A DNA stretch of 64,000 bases from a virus: the IMG/VR virus record IMGVR_UViG_3300037483_000443, positions 32,001 through 96,000 of that record; one strand, given 5' to 3'. Under the pieces are notes generated by a model. The model was not told the DNA's origin. It worked only from the letters and a program-made list of their open reading frames with translations, and did not search any database. The position numbers and the translations under genes were made by a program. Of this stretch, positions 49,818 through 58,141 are shown one piece after another; the first letter of the stretch is position 1; each line of letters starts with the position of its first letter.

Positions 49818-50147
49818 TTACCACCGGCTCAAAACATCTTTGTCAGTTTCATCGATCTCCGGGAGCAACGGCAGAAACCGATCTTTGTTGTCGATGATCC
49901 ACTGACAAGTATCTACCCAGCCGTGATCTGTTTCACGGACTTCCGCCGAGTACGGGCGTAGATATGTGATCAAGTATATTGCAACCCCGTGAGGAAATTC
50001 TATTCCAGCTTCCTCAAAGTCCGGTTTGTAGGAATAGCACTTATCACCGTGAGCTCCGATGATTCCGGCATTTAGCTCCCAATCGAGATTGAGCTTCGCA
50101 AAGAATGCCGGAAGATGCTTCTCAAGCCATTTGTAGTGATCGATCAT
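49818..50147 (-). CDS. Hypothetical protein
   Basis: 109 aa, coupled. Confidence 0.6.
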   Translation of the reverse strand: MIDHYKWLEKHLPAFFAKLNLDWELNAGIIGAHGDKCYSYKPDFEEAGIEFPHGVAIYLITYLRPYSAEVRETDHGWVDTCQWIIDNKDRFLPLLPEIDETDKDVLSRW

Positions 50148-50332
50148 GATGCCTTCCCACGGTGAGTAACTTGAAATCCGGCGCGACGTGCAGCATCAAT
50201 TACATCGTTGACACTGTGTTCATATTTGCGCCTACAGTCACGATGGCCCTTCATGTAGCCGATTATGAATCCTGTCGTTCCTCCAATAGTACCGAAGAAT
50301 AACCATCCCATCAGCAAAGCGTGGTCGTTCAT
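50144..50332 (-). CDS. Small membrane protein
   Basis: N-terminal TM segment. Confidence 0.5.
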   Translation of the reverse strand: MNDHALLMGWLFFGTIGGTTGFIIGYMKGHRDCRRKYEHSVNDVIDAARRAGFQVTHRGKAS

Positions 50333-50583
50333 TACTTGACTCCCTTAGAGATCGTGGCGAAGCAGCGTCCGGGGATGAACGAAGCTGAGAAGTCAGTTCT
50401 GCGAATTTCGTTTCGTTCTTTGATCGACTTTTTGTCCCATGCAACACAGCGAATGAGGGTTTCAGGATCGGGAGTGTACGGAGTAGAGATACCCCAGACT
50501 TTCTTACCTTCTACTTGGGTGATGAAGTGTCCAGCGATAACTTCACCGACTTTGGGACGAGCATTCAGGATGACGTCGGTCAT
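50332..50583 (-). CDS. Hypothetical protein
   Basis: 83 aa, coupled. Confidence 0.5.
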   Translation of the reverse strand: MTDVILNARPKVGEVIAGHFITQVEGKKVWGISTPYTPDPETLIRCVAWDKKSIKERNEIRRTDFSASFIPGRCFATISKGVK

Positions 50584-50585
50584 TT

Positions 50586-50837
50586 CTACCTCGCGATGTA
50601 CATGATGGCTACAACTTCTTCGATGTTATCAACCGGGTGAAACACCCCGACGACATCGCCTTGGTCTAAACGTTGGAATCCCATCGGATAGTTGGGGTCG
50701 GATGAGATGACTTCATCGACCAGATCGGCAATGTCGTCGCCTGCATAGTCGATTGAGTTCAGACGTTCTTCACCGACGTAGAAGTCTCCCTCGACTCCGT
50801 TGAACGTCACCAGATATTTGCCGGATGGAGTCTTCAT
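50586..50837 (-). CDS. Hypothetical acidic protein
   Basis: 83 aa, GGAG SD. Confidence 0.55.
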   Translation of the reverse strand: MKTPSGKYLVTFNGVEGDFYVGEERLNSIDYAGDDIADLVDEVISSDPNYPMGFQRLDQGDVVGVFHPVDNIEEVVAIMYIAR

Positions 50838-50838
50838 C

Positions 50839-50961
50839 TCAGTATGCTCCCAGAGCGAGTTGTTTACCGCGGGCTCGGCTTACATGCTTTCCAAATTTTG
50901 CTTTGTGGCGACCGGTACCAGAAGATTTTGAGTGCTTTGCGACGAAATTATTTGTTTTCAT
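50839..50961 (-). CDS. 40-aa basic early peptide (absent from ORF track)
   Basis: GGAGG SD; MKTNNFVAKHSKSSGTGRHKAKFGKHVSRARGKQLALGAY. Confidence 0.7.
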   Translation of the reverse strand: MKTNNFVAKHSKSSGTGRHKAKFGKHVSRARGKQLALGAY

Positions 50962-50987
50962 ATTACCTCCGTTGATTTAATGGAGTA

Positions 50988-51016
50988 ATTATATCAAAGC
51001 ACTCAAGAAAGTAAAC
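50988..51016 (-). promoter_or_regulatory. T4-like early promoter
   Basis: GTTTACTTTCTTGAGTGCTTTGATATAAT. Confidence 0.8.
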
Positions 51017-51024
51017 AACTTTGT

Positions 51025-51195
51025 TCAGTCTTTTGACCAACCGCCACCGGAAAGTTTAGTTCTCCATTGCGGAGATTGACAGTGAGTACATTGTCGATGT
51101 TGAATGTTATTGAAGTGAATGCTACTGCGACCTTTAGTAGAGACCCAACTACCGTAAGTGTGAAAACCGAGTTTGCAAAGAATCTTGTCAAGCAT
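51025..51195 (-). CDS. 56-aa Zn-finger-like protein (DUF1660-like; absent from ORF track)
   Basis: GGAGG SD; MLDKILCKLGFHTYGSW..HRQCTHCQ. Confidence 0.65.
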   Translation of the reverse strand: MLDKILCKLGFHTYGSWVSTKGRSSIHFNNIQHRQCTHCQSPQWRTKLSGGGWSKD

Positions 51196-51305
51196 CTTTC
51201 CCTCCGTTAATACTCGTCAGCTCTGTTCACTACTTAGTGAACAGAGCTGCATCTTCCATCGCGAGAAAGCTCTCACGGATGAATTTATAGATGCAGCTCC
51301 AAACG

Positions 51306-52085
51306 TTAGAAAAGATCTTCAACGGTTAGATCAGACATATATGGCAGTTCAACCGGCTTCACCGGTCGACGCGTCACTAACTCAGTGGTACGGTGCTTCT
51401 CGGGAATCTTTGCTAGCTCAAGCTCAGTGAGAGGGCGCTTCTCCTCAACGCGACGGAAGTAAGTCCCCTTCCGGTAGCAAGAAGCATAGTTCTCCCACGG
51501 ATCACCGATCTCACGCAGCATCTGCTTCTTTGCTTCACTGCTAGCTCCATGCAGCACTCTGTCAGAGAAGTGTGCTTGGGCTACCATCGAGATAGAGTTC
51601 TTGATCGCATCTTTCTCACGCCACAGTAAGCACTGGTAAGCTTCATGTAGCGTAGGAACTTGCCATACTCGTGCATCAAACAGCGGCAGAGCATCTGCTT
51701 TTTCAGGTAAGACAGCTGCCAAGTGTTTGTTGAAGTACGCAGTGGCAGTTGCCGAGAGAATCGAGCAGATCTTTTGGTAGCGTCCGTCAAAAATGTACTC
51801 TTGAACTGCGTCTGCTGGAAAGAACCAAACAAGAGTTATCTCATCTGATTGAGTGTAACCGATTAAGGCACAAGTTTGCTCGACGAGGTACTTTGTGGTG
51901 TCTTGCATCAGCTTCGTCAGATTCTCATCAAAAGGGCGCTTCAACCCCTTCGTGAAGGTGTGAAATGCTCGCCCGTCAAGCCTAGCAATCATCGGCATCC
52001 CGATCATGGCTTTACGAGAACCTTCTACTCCCTCGAGAGCTTTCATCTTGTCGCCGAGGGTATCGTTCTTTGCTATGTTTGTCAT
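51306..52085 (-). CDS. tRNA-His guanylyltransferase Thg1-like protein
   Basis: ARLDGRAFHTFT, GYTQSDEITL, FDARV, WREKDAIKNSI. Confidence 0.92.
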   Translation of the reverse strand: MTNIAKNDTLGDKMKALEGVEGSRKAMIGMPMIARLDGRAFHTFTKGLKRPFDENLTKLMQDTTKYLVEQTCALIGYTQSDEITLVWFFPADAVQEYIFDGRYQKICSILSATATAYFNKHLAAVLPEKADALPLFDARVWQVPTLHEAYQCLLWREKDAIKNSISMVAQAHFSDRVLHGASSEAKKQMLREIGDPWENYASCYRKGTYFRRVEEKRPLTELELAKIPEKHRTTELVTRRPVKPVELPYMSDLTVEDLF

Positions 52086-53389
52086 TTTCTCTTGTTCCAA
52101 AGTGCGATTGCAGAATACACTGCTTCGTTCCCAACGATCGCGCCAGACCCTGTTCGACCCCCTGTATCACTCGGTCCGCAAGCCCCGCAGTTGCATGAGA
52201 CATATACTGAAGTTGCCGGTTGACCAGAGTACGAGATTCCGTTCGGCTGTGATCCACAGAATGGGCAGGATTTCAGCTCTCCGATGAAAGCATTCCGGAC
52301 GATCTCAGATTTCGTCTTTAAGACAAAGCTCTTGATCTCTGACGGCTTCAGGCCTTTCACCATCTCTGTAAAGTCCAACTCCAACAAATCGTTGAAAGTG
52401 TTCTCAAGATTGGTGAAGAAGTCTTTTGCTTTATCGTCGAATCGATCCAACTTTTCCAACTTTTTCGTCAACGTGATCATGTTATACAGGTCGCCGTTCT
52501 TGATTTCTTCACGAAACGCATCGAAGACCTTAACGATCTGCTCAATCTCTGGCTCGCCAGACAACCGAACGATTTGAAAGATCTCGTCAACTTTCTGCAT
52601 GAACTTGCAATAACGTGCTACGTCGCTCGGAACGCGGAACTTTTCCAGCTGTTCCTTGGTCATAGTGCCTACTTCCAAGAACAAGAACTGCTTCTCATCT
52701 AGTGAGAGAATTTCCTCTACCTCATCGGTGTATAGACAGGGAATGACTAGTCCCTTCAGACGTTCAACCAAGTGCAGAGCACCGATGCTTAGCAAGAAGT
52801 TGATACCGATACTAGGACGTTTCTCCGACAACAGCTTGGTCATCTCCGTCCAAATCCGGTCAGCAGACAGGGCGTCCAGTTCACCGCTCTCTACTAGCTT
52901 ACGGCAGAGCTCGACAGTTTCGGGAGCGATCTTGAACCTGTAGCGAGAAGCGAAGCGAGCAACGCGGATGACCCGCAGAGGATCTTCGGCGAAGGCTTCA
53001 CTCGTGTGACGGATGATGCCGTCCTTCAGATCCTGACGACCATGCCAAGGATCGATGTACTCACCGGTCTCCAAGTTGTAAGCGATCGCGTTGATCGTCA
53101 GATCACGACGCAGCAGGTCGTCGTTGATGATGATGTGCGGTCCGAACTCGAACTCAAAGCCTTGGTAGCCAGCAGCGACTTTCTTTTCACGACGAGCAAG
53201 AGCATACTCATCACCGGTTTCAGGATGGAGGAAGACGGGGAATGAAGCTCCGACCTGCTTGAAACCTTGGTCGAGCATGTATTGAACGTCGGCCCCGACT
53301 ACGACGTAATCAAGATCTTTCGGCTCATTGCCGAGAAGCTTGTCTCTTACTGCGCCGCCAACGAGCAGGCATTGAACTTTTTTAGTCAT
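52082..53389 (-). CDS. cca: tRNA nucleotidyltransferase (CCA-adding class II) with C-terminal Lar-like Zn finger
   Basis: VGGAVRD, DLDYV, EYALARRE, DLLRRDLTINA, EDPLRVIRVARF; C-terminal LKSCPFCG..SCNCGA..AIALWNKR. Confidence 0.92.
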   Translation of the reverse strand: MTKKVQCLLVGGAVRDKLLGNEPKDLDYVVVGADVQYMLDQGFKQVGASFPVFLHPETGDEYALARREKKVAAGYQGFEFEFGPHIIINDDLLRRDLTINAIAYNLETGEYIDPWHGRQDLKDGIIRHTSEAFAEDPLRVIRVARFASRYRFKIAPETVELCRKLVESGELDALSADRIWTEMTKLLSEKRPSIGINFLLSIGALHLVERLKGLVIPCLYTDEVEEILSLDEKQFLFLEVGTMTKEQLEKFRVPSDVARYCKFMQKVDEIFQIVRLSGEPEIEQIVKVFDAFREEIKNGDLYNMITLTKKLEKLDRFDDKAKDFFTNLENTFNDLLELDFTEMVKGLKPSEIKSFVLKTKSEIVRNAFIGELKSCPFCGSQPNGISYSGQPATSVYVSCNCGACGPSDTGGRTGSGAIVGNEAVYSAIALWNKRK

Positions 53390-53422
53390 CTTGATAAATA
53401 CTTGAAAGTGAAAGGGATTTCA

Positions 53423-54157
53423 ATGTTTCTTCAAAACAAATATACAAAGTGGTACATGAACATTATAACACAAGCTAAGCTTGATGTAAACAACAGAAGT
53501 GAAGGGTATTTTGAGAAGCATCACATCATTCCAAAATCTCTTGATGGATCTGATTCAAAAGATAATTTGGTGAAGCTAACAGCAAGAGAGCATTTCATCT
53601 GTCATACACTTCTTATTAAGATGTTAGAAGGAAAAGCAAGACAAAAGATGGCGTATGCAATGTACTTTTTAATGAATAGAAAGAATAGAAAAGAGCAATT
53701 GAAGATCAACTCTAGAATTTTTCTCTTCTTAAGAGAAGAACATTCAAAAGCAATTTCTATGGCTTTGACTGGATTAGAGAGATCTGAAGAGCATTGTAAG
53801 AATCTTTCTCTAGTTGCTAAGAAACGAGTAGATTCTGGAACTTGGAATAATCCTTGGGCGGGAGAGAAAGGATCCGAGATGTCATCTCGACAGAATAAAG
53901 AAAGGGTGCTGAAGGGTACTAACCCATGGGCAGGAAAGAAGGGTTCTGAACTTTCTAAGAAGATCTGTGCAGAACAAATCAAGAAAGGAACTCATCCGTT
54001 TCAAGATCGAGAGAAGGCAAGAGAAAGAACATTGAAACAAGTTGAAAATGGGACACACATGACCCAAGTTGAGCATACATGCCCTCATTGTGGAAAGACG
54101 GGAACTGGATGGACGATGTTCAGGTGGCACTTCAAGAATTGCAAAACTTTAAAATGA
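53423..54157 (+). CDS. Free-standing HNH homing endonuclease (antisense)
   Basis: EKHHIIPKSLDG..NLVKLTAREHFICH; GTNPW repeats; C-terminal CPHCGK..WHFKNCK; TAAATA at 53395-53400. Confidence 0.88.
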   Translation: MFLQNKYTKWYMNIITQAKLDVNNRSEGYFEKHHIIPKSLDGSDSKDNLVKLTAREHFICHTLLIKMLEGKARQKMAYAMYFLMNRKNRKEQLKINSRIFLFLREEHSKAISMALTGLERSEEHCKNLSLVAKKRVDSGTWNNPWAGEKGSEMSSRQNKERVLKGTNPWAGKKGSELSKKICAEQIKKGTHPFQDREKARERTLKQVENGTHMTQVEHTCPHCGKTGTGWTMFRWHFKNCKTLK

Positions 54158-54159
54158 AG

Positions 54160-54381
54160 TTACCACCAGGCAAATTCGAGGCATGGTTTGTGATACATGC
54201 CAATAAATGTACTGCACCCATTCTCAAAACCACGACAATCACGACAAGTTATCTTACATTGTCTCTTTGCTTCTTTTTCATCATGATTCTCCATGGCAGC
54301 AAAACGGGTTCCCGCTCTCTTTGTAGAATGAATTTGGGAGGTGAACTCATGCTTATTTTCTTTTGTAGTTTTGCGTGGCAT
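54160..54381 (-). CDS. Hypothetical Cys-rich protein
   Basis: 73 aa. Confidence 0.45.
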   Translation of the reverse strand: MPRKTTKENKHEFTSQIHSTKRAGTRFAAMENHDEKEAKRQCKITCRDCRGFENGCSTFIGMYHKPCLEFAWW

Positions 54382-54382
54382 G

Positions 54383-54697
54383 TTATCTTCGATTCGAAGA
54401 AAAGTTGCGAATTGCTTCTGCTGTTGAAGTCATTGAAGAGATTCCTCTCTTTTTATCTTGCTCTTCAGCGTAAGAGATGTAACCCTTGCTTTCGAGGATG
54501 GGAAGAGGGCTGAGATGCTTCGCTCTCTCTGTGAAGTATTCTTCGGGAGTGAAGTTGGTGATAAGAAATTTTACGAAATGTCGCGCTGATCGTGTTGGAC
54601 TAACGTGTTTGAAACGAGCAACAAACTCTTGATCATGATATACCCAAACTTCTTGAGGATGAGCATCAACACTGATATTCCATTCTTTAGATCTCAT
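54383..54697 (-). CDS. Hypothetical early protein
   Basis: AGGAGG SD; FLITNFTPEEYF..PLPILESKGY. Confidence 0.7.
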   Translation of the reverse strand: MRSKEWNISVDAHPQEVWVYHDQEFVARFKHVSPTRSARHFVKFLITNFTPEEYFTERAKHLSPLPILESKGYISYAEEQDKKRGISSMTSTAEAIRNFSSNRR

Positions 54698-54717
54698 ATC
54701 TTCCTCCTTAAAGGGTA

Positions 54718-54746
54718 ATTATATCACAGTGCTCAAGAAAGTAAAC
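54718..54746 (-). promoter_or_regulatory. T4-like early promoter
   Basis: GTTTACTTTCTTGAGCACTGTGATATAAT. Confidence 0.8.
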
Positions 54747-54748
54747 AC

Positions 54749-55141
54749 TTATGCGATAAAATCTGAAGAGTCTTCTGAGAATAGATCTGGAAGATCCATC
54801 GTTTGATTGGCAAGAGAATGGGTGCAATCACCCAAGAACTGAATTCGACCGTCGGTGACGAAGCTGTGGCAACGATCATCTACGTACTCACCTTTCCAAC
54901 CCACTGGAGCTGGATTGTCATTAGAGTAACCTTTGGGATGCCGGTAAGTCACCAGAACGCTAGGGGAAAAGGTAGGTTTCTCGATGTTACCATTCCAACC
55001 CCAGTTGCTATTGCCTCCCTCGATCATCACCTGATGAAGCCCATGTCCTGTTTTGGCGCACCCTGGGCATCGAAAGTATAGAAAGCGATGGGTTTCAGTT
55101 CGAATTTCTCCGAGAACTTTAGAGATTTGGTTTATCTTCAT
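54749..55141 (-). CDS. DUF6527-like Zn-binding protein
   Basis: CPGC..H..WGWNG..PTFSPSVL..CHSFVTDGRIQFLGDCTH. Confidence 0.7.
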   Translation of the reverse strand: MKINQISKVLGEIRTETHRFLYFRCPGCAKTGHGLHQVMIEGGNSNWGWNGNIEKPTFSPSVLVTYRHPKGYSNDNPAPVGWKGEYVDDRCHSFVTDGRIQFLGDCTHSLANQTMDLPDLFSEDSSDFIA

Positions 55142-55331
55142 TACTTTGGCTTCTCGTAGTATATAGATCGATGCTCAGAAAGATGATTGCTACGGTTGTG
55201 TTGAGAATTGGTATGAGAGTGATCGCAAGAGCGAAGGCCCATTCTTGGGAATCTTTCACACATCTATAAGTCACATCTACGTATGCATAGTAGACACAAA
55301 TGAAGAATGAAACCCAATAGACGTACATCAT
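55119..55331 (-). CDS. Small membrane protein
   Basis: Two hydrophobic segments; ATGA coupling. Confidence 0.5.
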   Translation of the reverse strand: MMYVYWVSFFICVYYAYVDVTYRCVKDSQEWAFALAITLIPILNTTVAIIFLSIDLYTTRSQSNEDKPNL

Positions 55332-55984
55332 TTGAAGAGCACCTTGTAAGTAGTGTAGACAGAAATTCCAATCCACAGACAGGCCCAGACAACCGCTGGA
55401 ATTCCGGTAGAATTCTGCATGTTGAGAGCATCAGTTGCAGTCCCAGTCCCTGAAAGAACGAAGAGAGTCTTCAGGTCATAGAACGCGTTGAGGAGAAGCT
55501 GAATTGAAATGAATGCTGCAATGAACTCGATGACTCTCTTGGAAAAATAGACGATCGTCACCAAGATTGCAGCAGAGATTGCCATTCCCCAGATAGTACC
55601 GAACAAGTTGTGAAACCCGGTGTACAACATCGTGATGAAAGAAAAAGCCAAGAACACCGATAAGATCCCAGATGCGTTCACGTTCTTTCTCAGGAGATAG
55701 ATGCTGAAAACTCCAACGAGCATCGTTCCAAGATAACCAGCAAAGTTGATGATCCATTGGATTCCACCTGACGTCATTGTAGTTCCAGACATGTCAGGAT
55801 TGATGTTGATCTCATAGACTCGCCCTCCTGTTACAAGAGCAGCAAGAGCATGGCACATCTCATGAACGTAGGTGACAAAGAGCTTGATCGGATAGATCAG
55901 CGTATCCGCACCAGGAACCATCGAGATCATGAAGCATACGATCGTAGTGAACAACATCATGAGTGACATTCTAGAAGTCATCAT
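55328..55984 (-). CDS. Peptidase M50B-like intramembrane metalloprotease
   Basis: HEMCH (HExxH), SGTT, AGYLG, TDA..M; multiple TM segments. Confidence 0.85.
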   Translation of the reverse strand: MMTSRMSLMMLFTTIVCFMISMVPGADTLIYPIKLFVTYVHEMCHALAALVTGGRVYEININPDMSGTTMTSGGIQWIINFAGYLGTMLVGVFSIYLLRKNVNASGILSVFLAFSFITMLYTGFHNLFGTIWGMAISAAILVTIVYFSKRVIEFIAAFISIQLLLNAFYDLKTLFVLSGTGTATDALNMQNSTGIPAVVWACLWIGISVYTTYKVLFK

Positions 55985-56277
55985 TTCTTACCTAGAAACT
56001 CGTCAAGGGCTGCACAGAATTTGTTGTAGTCAAGCTTGTACTTTTCAGCAATTTCTTGAGCATGAAAATAGTTTGTGCTTGTTTCTTTTCTGAATGAAAT
56101 GCTGATTTCTGGTAAGCTTTCATCTTGTTCATCCCAAGTAATCTCAAAGTTTTCAAGTCTTGAGATTGCATCCTTGTCCTGAAATAGAGGCTGTAGACCG
56201 TATAACAAGACTGCAAGTTTGTCAGTAGCTTTAGATTCAGAATTTTCAACGATGAATTTCAAATCAAAATTGTTCAT
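55981..56277 (-). CDS. Hypothetical protein
   Basis: 98 aa. Confidence 0.55.
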   Translation of the reverse strand: MNNFDLKFIVENSESKATDKLAVLLYGLQPLFQDKDAISRLENFEITWDEQDESLPEISISFRKETSTNYFHAQEIAEKYKLDYNKFCAALDEFLGKK

Positions 56278-56293
56278 GATCTTCTTTCTCTTC

Positions 56294-56359
56294 TATAAAT
56301 AAAATGTCTATCGCGAGACTGGAATCTCCATAGACTCTAACGCTTTTGGGAGCATCAGC
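56294..56359 (+). promoter_or_regulatory. Late promoter TATAAATA plus structured leader of the GIY-YIG gene
   Basis: TATAAATA 56294-56301; GTCTAT-CGC-GAGA..TCTC-C-ATAGAC hairpin; SD GGAG within a small GCT/AGC stem. Confidence 0.65.
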
Positions 56360-56974
56360 ATGTCTATTTATCCTTCAACTAAGGTCTTACCTTACGTCTA
56401 CTGGCTTAATCACAAGATAACTGGCCAGTTCTACATCGGCTATCGTGAAGCTAACAAACTTCCAGCTGATCAAGATCTTCCTATCTATCAAACTTCATCA
56501 AAGAAAATCAAAGAGCTAGGGTTTGAAAATTTTGACTGGAAAATCGTTGCTGAATTCTTTGATGGAGACTCAGCATATAATTTTGAAAATCATTTAATAG
56601 AATCTTACATAAAAGATCCTCTTTGTATAAATGGACATTATCGTAAAAATGGTAGCAATCATTTTAAACGTACTGGACCACATTCAGCTGAAACTAAAAT
56701 CAAAATATCACTTGCAGCTAAATTTATCTCACAAGAGACTAGAGATAAATTAGCAACGGCTGGTCGAAATCAATCTCCTGAAAAGAGAGCTAAACTTTCG
56801 ATTGCACAAACTGGCAGAATTTATTCTGAACAATCAAAACAAAAGATGTCAGCAGCTAAACTTAACAAGAAACGCAACCCATTATCAGAAGAAACAAAAG
56901 CTAAAATATCATTAGCTAGAAAGAATTATTGGGAAAAGAAACACGCGGAGTACCTGGCAAATTTTGCCAGTTGA
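56360..56974 (+). CDS. GIY-YIG (Seg-like) homing endonuclease with NUMOD3-like repeats
   Basis: PYVYWL..GQFYIGYR..YQTSS; repeated SxETKxKIS. Confidence 0.82.
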   Translation: MSIYPSTKVLPYVYWLNHKITGQFYIGYREANKLPADQDLPIYQTSSKKIKELGFENFDWKIVAEFFDGDSAYNFENHLIESYIKDPLCINGHYRKNGSNHFKRTGPHSAETKIKISLAAKFISQETRDKLATAGRNQSPEKRAKLSIAQTGRIYSEQSKQKMSAAKLNKKRNPLSEETKAKISLARKNYWEKKHAEYLANFAS

Positions 56975-57866
56975 GCTTCTCGCGAAGCGTGTGATAGTAG
57001 CTGTAAGTCAGATCGTCTAACTTTGGGTGCATAAAGTCAACGGCTGAAATAGACTTCTTGATGATGAGGCTGTCACGAGCATTCTTCGCGTTCATGTTAG
57101 CAACTTTTGTACCGTCAACGAAAACTTCAGCTTCTCCGTTAATCAGCTTGAACCTGACTTGAGAGTTGTCATTGATGATCAGCGGACGGCAGGACAGGGT
57201 TTGTGGAAGAATCGGAACGATCTCAATGACGCGAGCTGTCGGGTGGATGATCGGGCCTCCAGCAGACATCGCGTAAGCAGTAGAGCCAGTGGGTGTGGAG
57301 ATCATGAGCCCATCTCCGCGAGCATGGTATGCATACTCAAAGTCGATGTAGACTTCAAACTCGATCACCTTGCCAGTAGATCGAGAGATCACGACTTCAT
57401 TCAGCGCAAGGTAGCGACTTTTCTCACTCTCACCAAGAGTCCAATCATCCTTGATGTCAAGCATATTTCTCCGCTCGATGGTGTACTTTTGCTTGTCTTC
57501 AATCATGTCGATGACTGCATCGTAGTCAAAGTCATGAGGGACATCAGTGATGAAACCAAGCCGCCCAAGATTGACACCGAGGAGTGGGATGCCGATTGAC
57601 ATCTCTTTAGCGACAAAGAGCATCGTACCGTCTCCACCGAAGACAACGGCGACGTTAGCAACAATCCCTAAATCACTGAGACTCTCAATCTTAGTATCAT
57701 GGGCAAGAGCACGATCTTTGAAAAAGTTCTCAGCCGTCTCTTTGTCAAACATCACTGTATGACCTTGACGATGGACAGTAGCTGCAAAAGTTTCTAACAT
57801 TGTCAGGATGTTAGAGTGAGCAGAATCGTTCTGTCCAGTCTTACGACCGATAATAGCGATGATCAT
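56916..57866 (-). CDS. nadK: NAD(+) kinase
   Basis: GGDGTML, GVNLGRLGF, LNEV, DGLMISTPTGSTAYAMSAGG. Confidence 0.93.
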   Translation of the reverse strand: MIIAIIGRKTGQNDSAHSNILTMLETFAATVHRQGHTVMFDKETAENFFKDRALAHDTKIESLSDLGIVANVAVVFGGDGTMLFVAKEMSIGIPLLGVNLGRLGFITDVPHDFDYDAVIDMIEDKQKYTIERRNMLDIKDDWTLGESEKSRYLALNEVVISRSTGKVIEFEVYIDFEYAYHARGDGLMISTPTGSTAYAMSAGGPIIHPTARVIEIVPILPQTLSCRPLIINDNSQVRFKLINGEAEVFVDGTKVANMNAKNARDSLIIKKSISAVDFMHPKLDDLTYSYYHTLREKLNWQNLPGTPRVSFPNNSF

Positions 57867-58141
57867 CCATCCCTCATTGAAGTAGTTAGTGAGTTTACGT
57901 GTTTAATGAACCTTTGCCAGAGCGTAGGCGGCTTTTGTTCAAAGAAGTCTCCGCTCGGACCACAAGCACCAAACCGACCACGATTCGACTCGCAGAAAGA
58001 GCTCCACTTGGAGCCACTATCTGTTAGCTCACCGTTGACCGGGCTTGGATTGAACGCATCTGACTCTGGATGATGACAAGCATGCTTTGTTCCCATGCTT
58101 GTCATCATATGATGTTTACAATCTATGCAAAGCTTCATCAT
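57863..58141 (-). CDS. Hypothetical Cys-rich protein
   Basis: CIDCKH..C..C..ACGPSG. Confidence 0.6.
   Translation of the reverse strand: MMKLCIDCKHHMMTSMGTKHACHHPESDAFNPSPVNGELTDSGSKWSSFCESNRGRFGACGPSGDFFEQKPPTLWQRFIKHVNSLTTSMRDG

Noticed and set aside
51003-51191. ORF-track 62-aa ORF
   Set aside because: The overlapping frame 51025-51195 has a GGAGG SD, an ATG and a Zn-finger pattern, so it is preferred.
51195-51250. Hammerhead ribozyme (CUGACGA on minus strand)
   Set aside because: No proper stem II followed by GAAA and no stem III.
53267-53422. N-terminal extension of the HNH ORF
   Set aside because: Overlaps cca antisense and lies upstream of the TAAATA promoter; ATG 53423 is more plausible.
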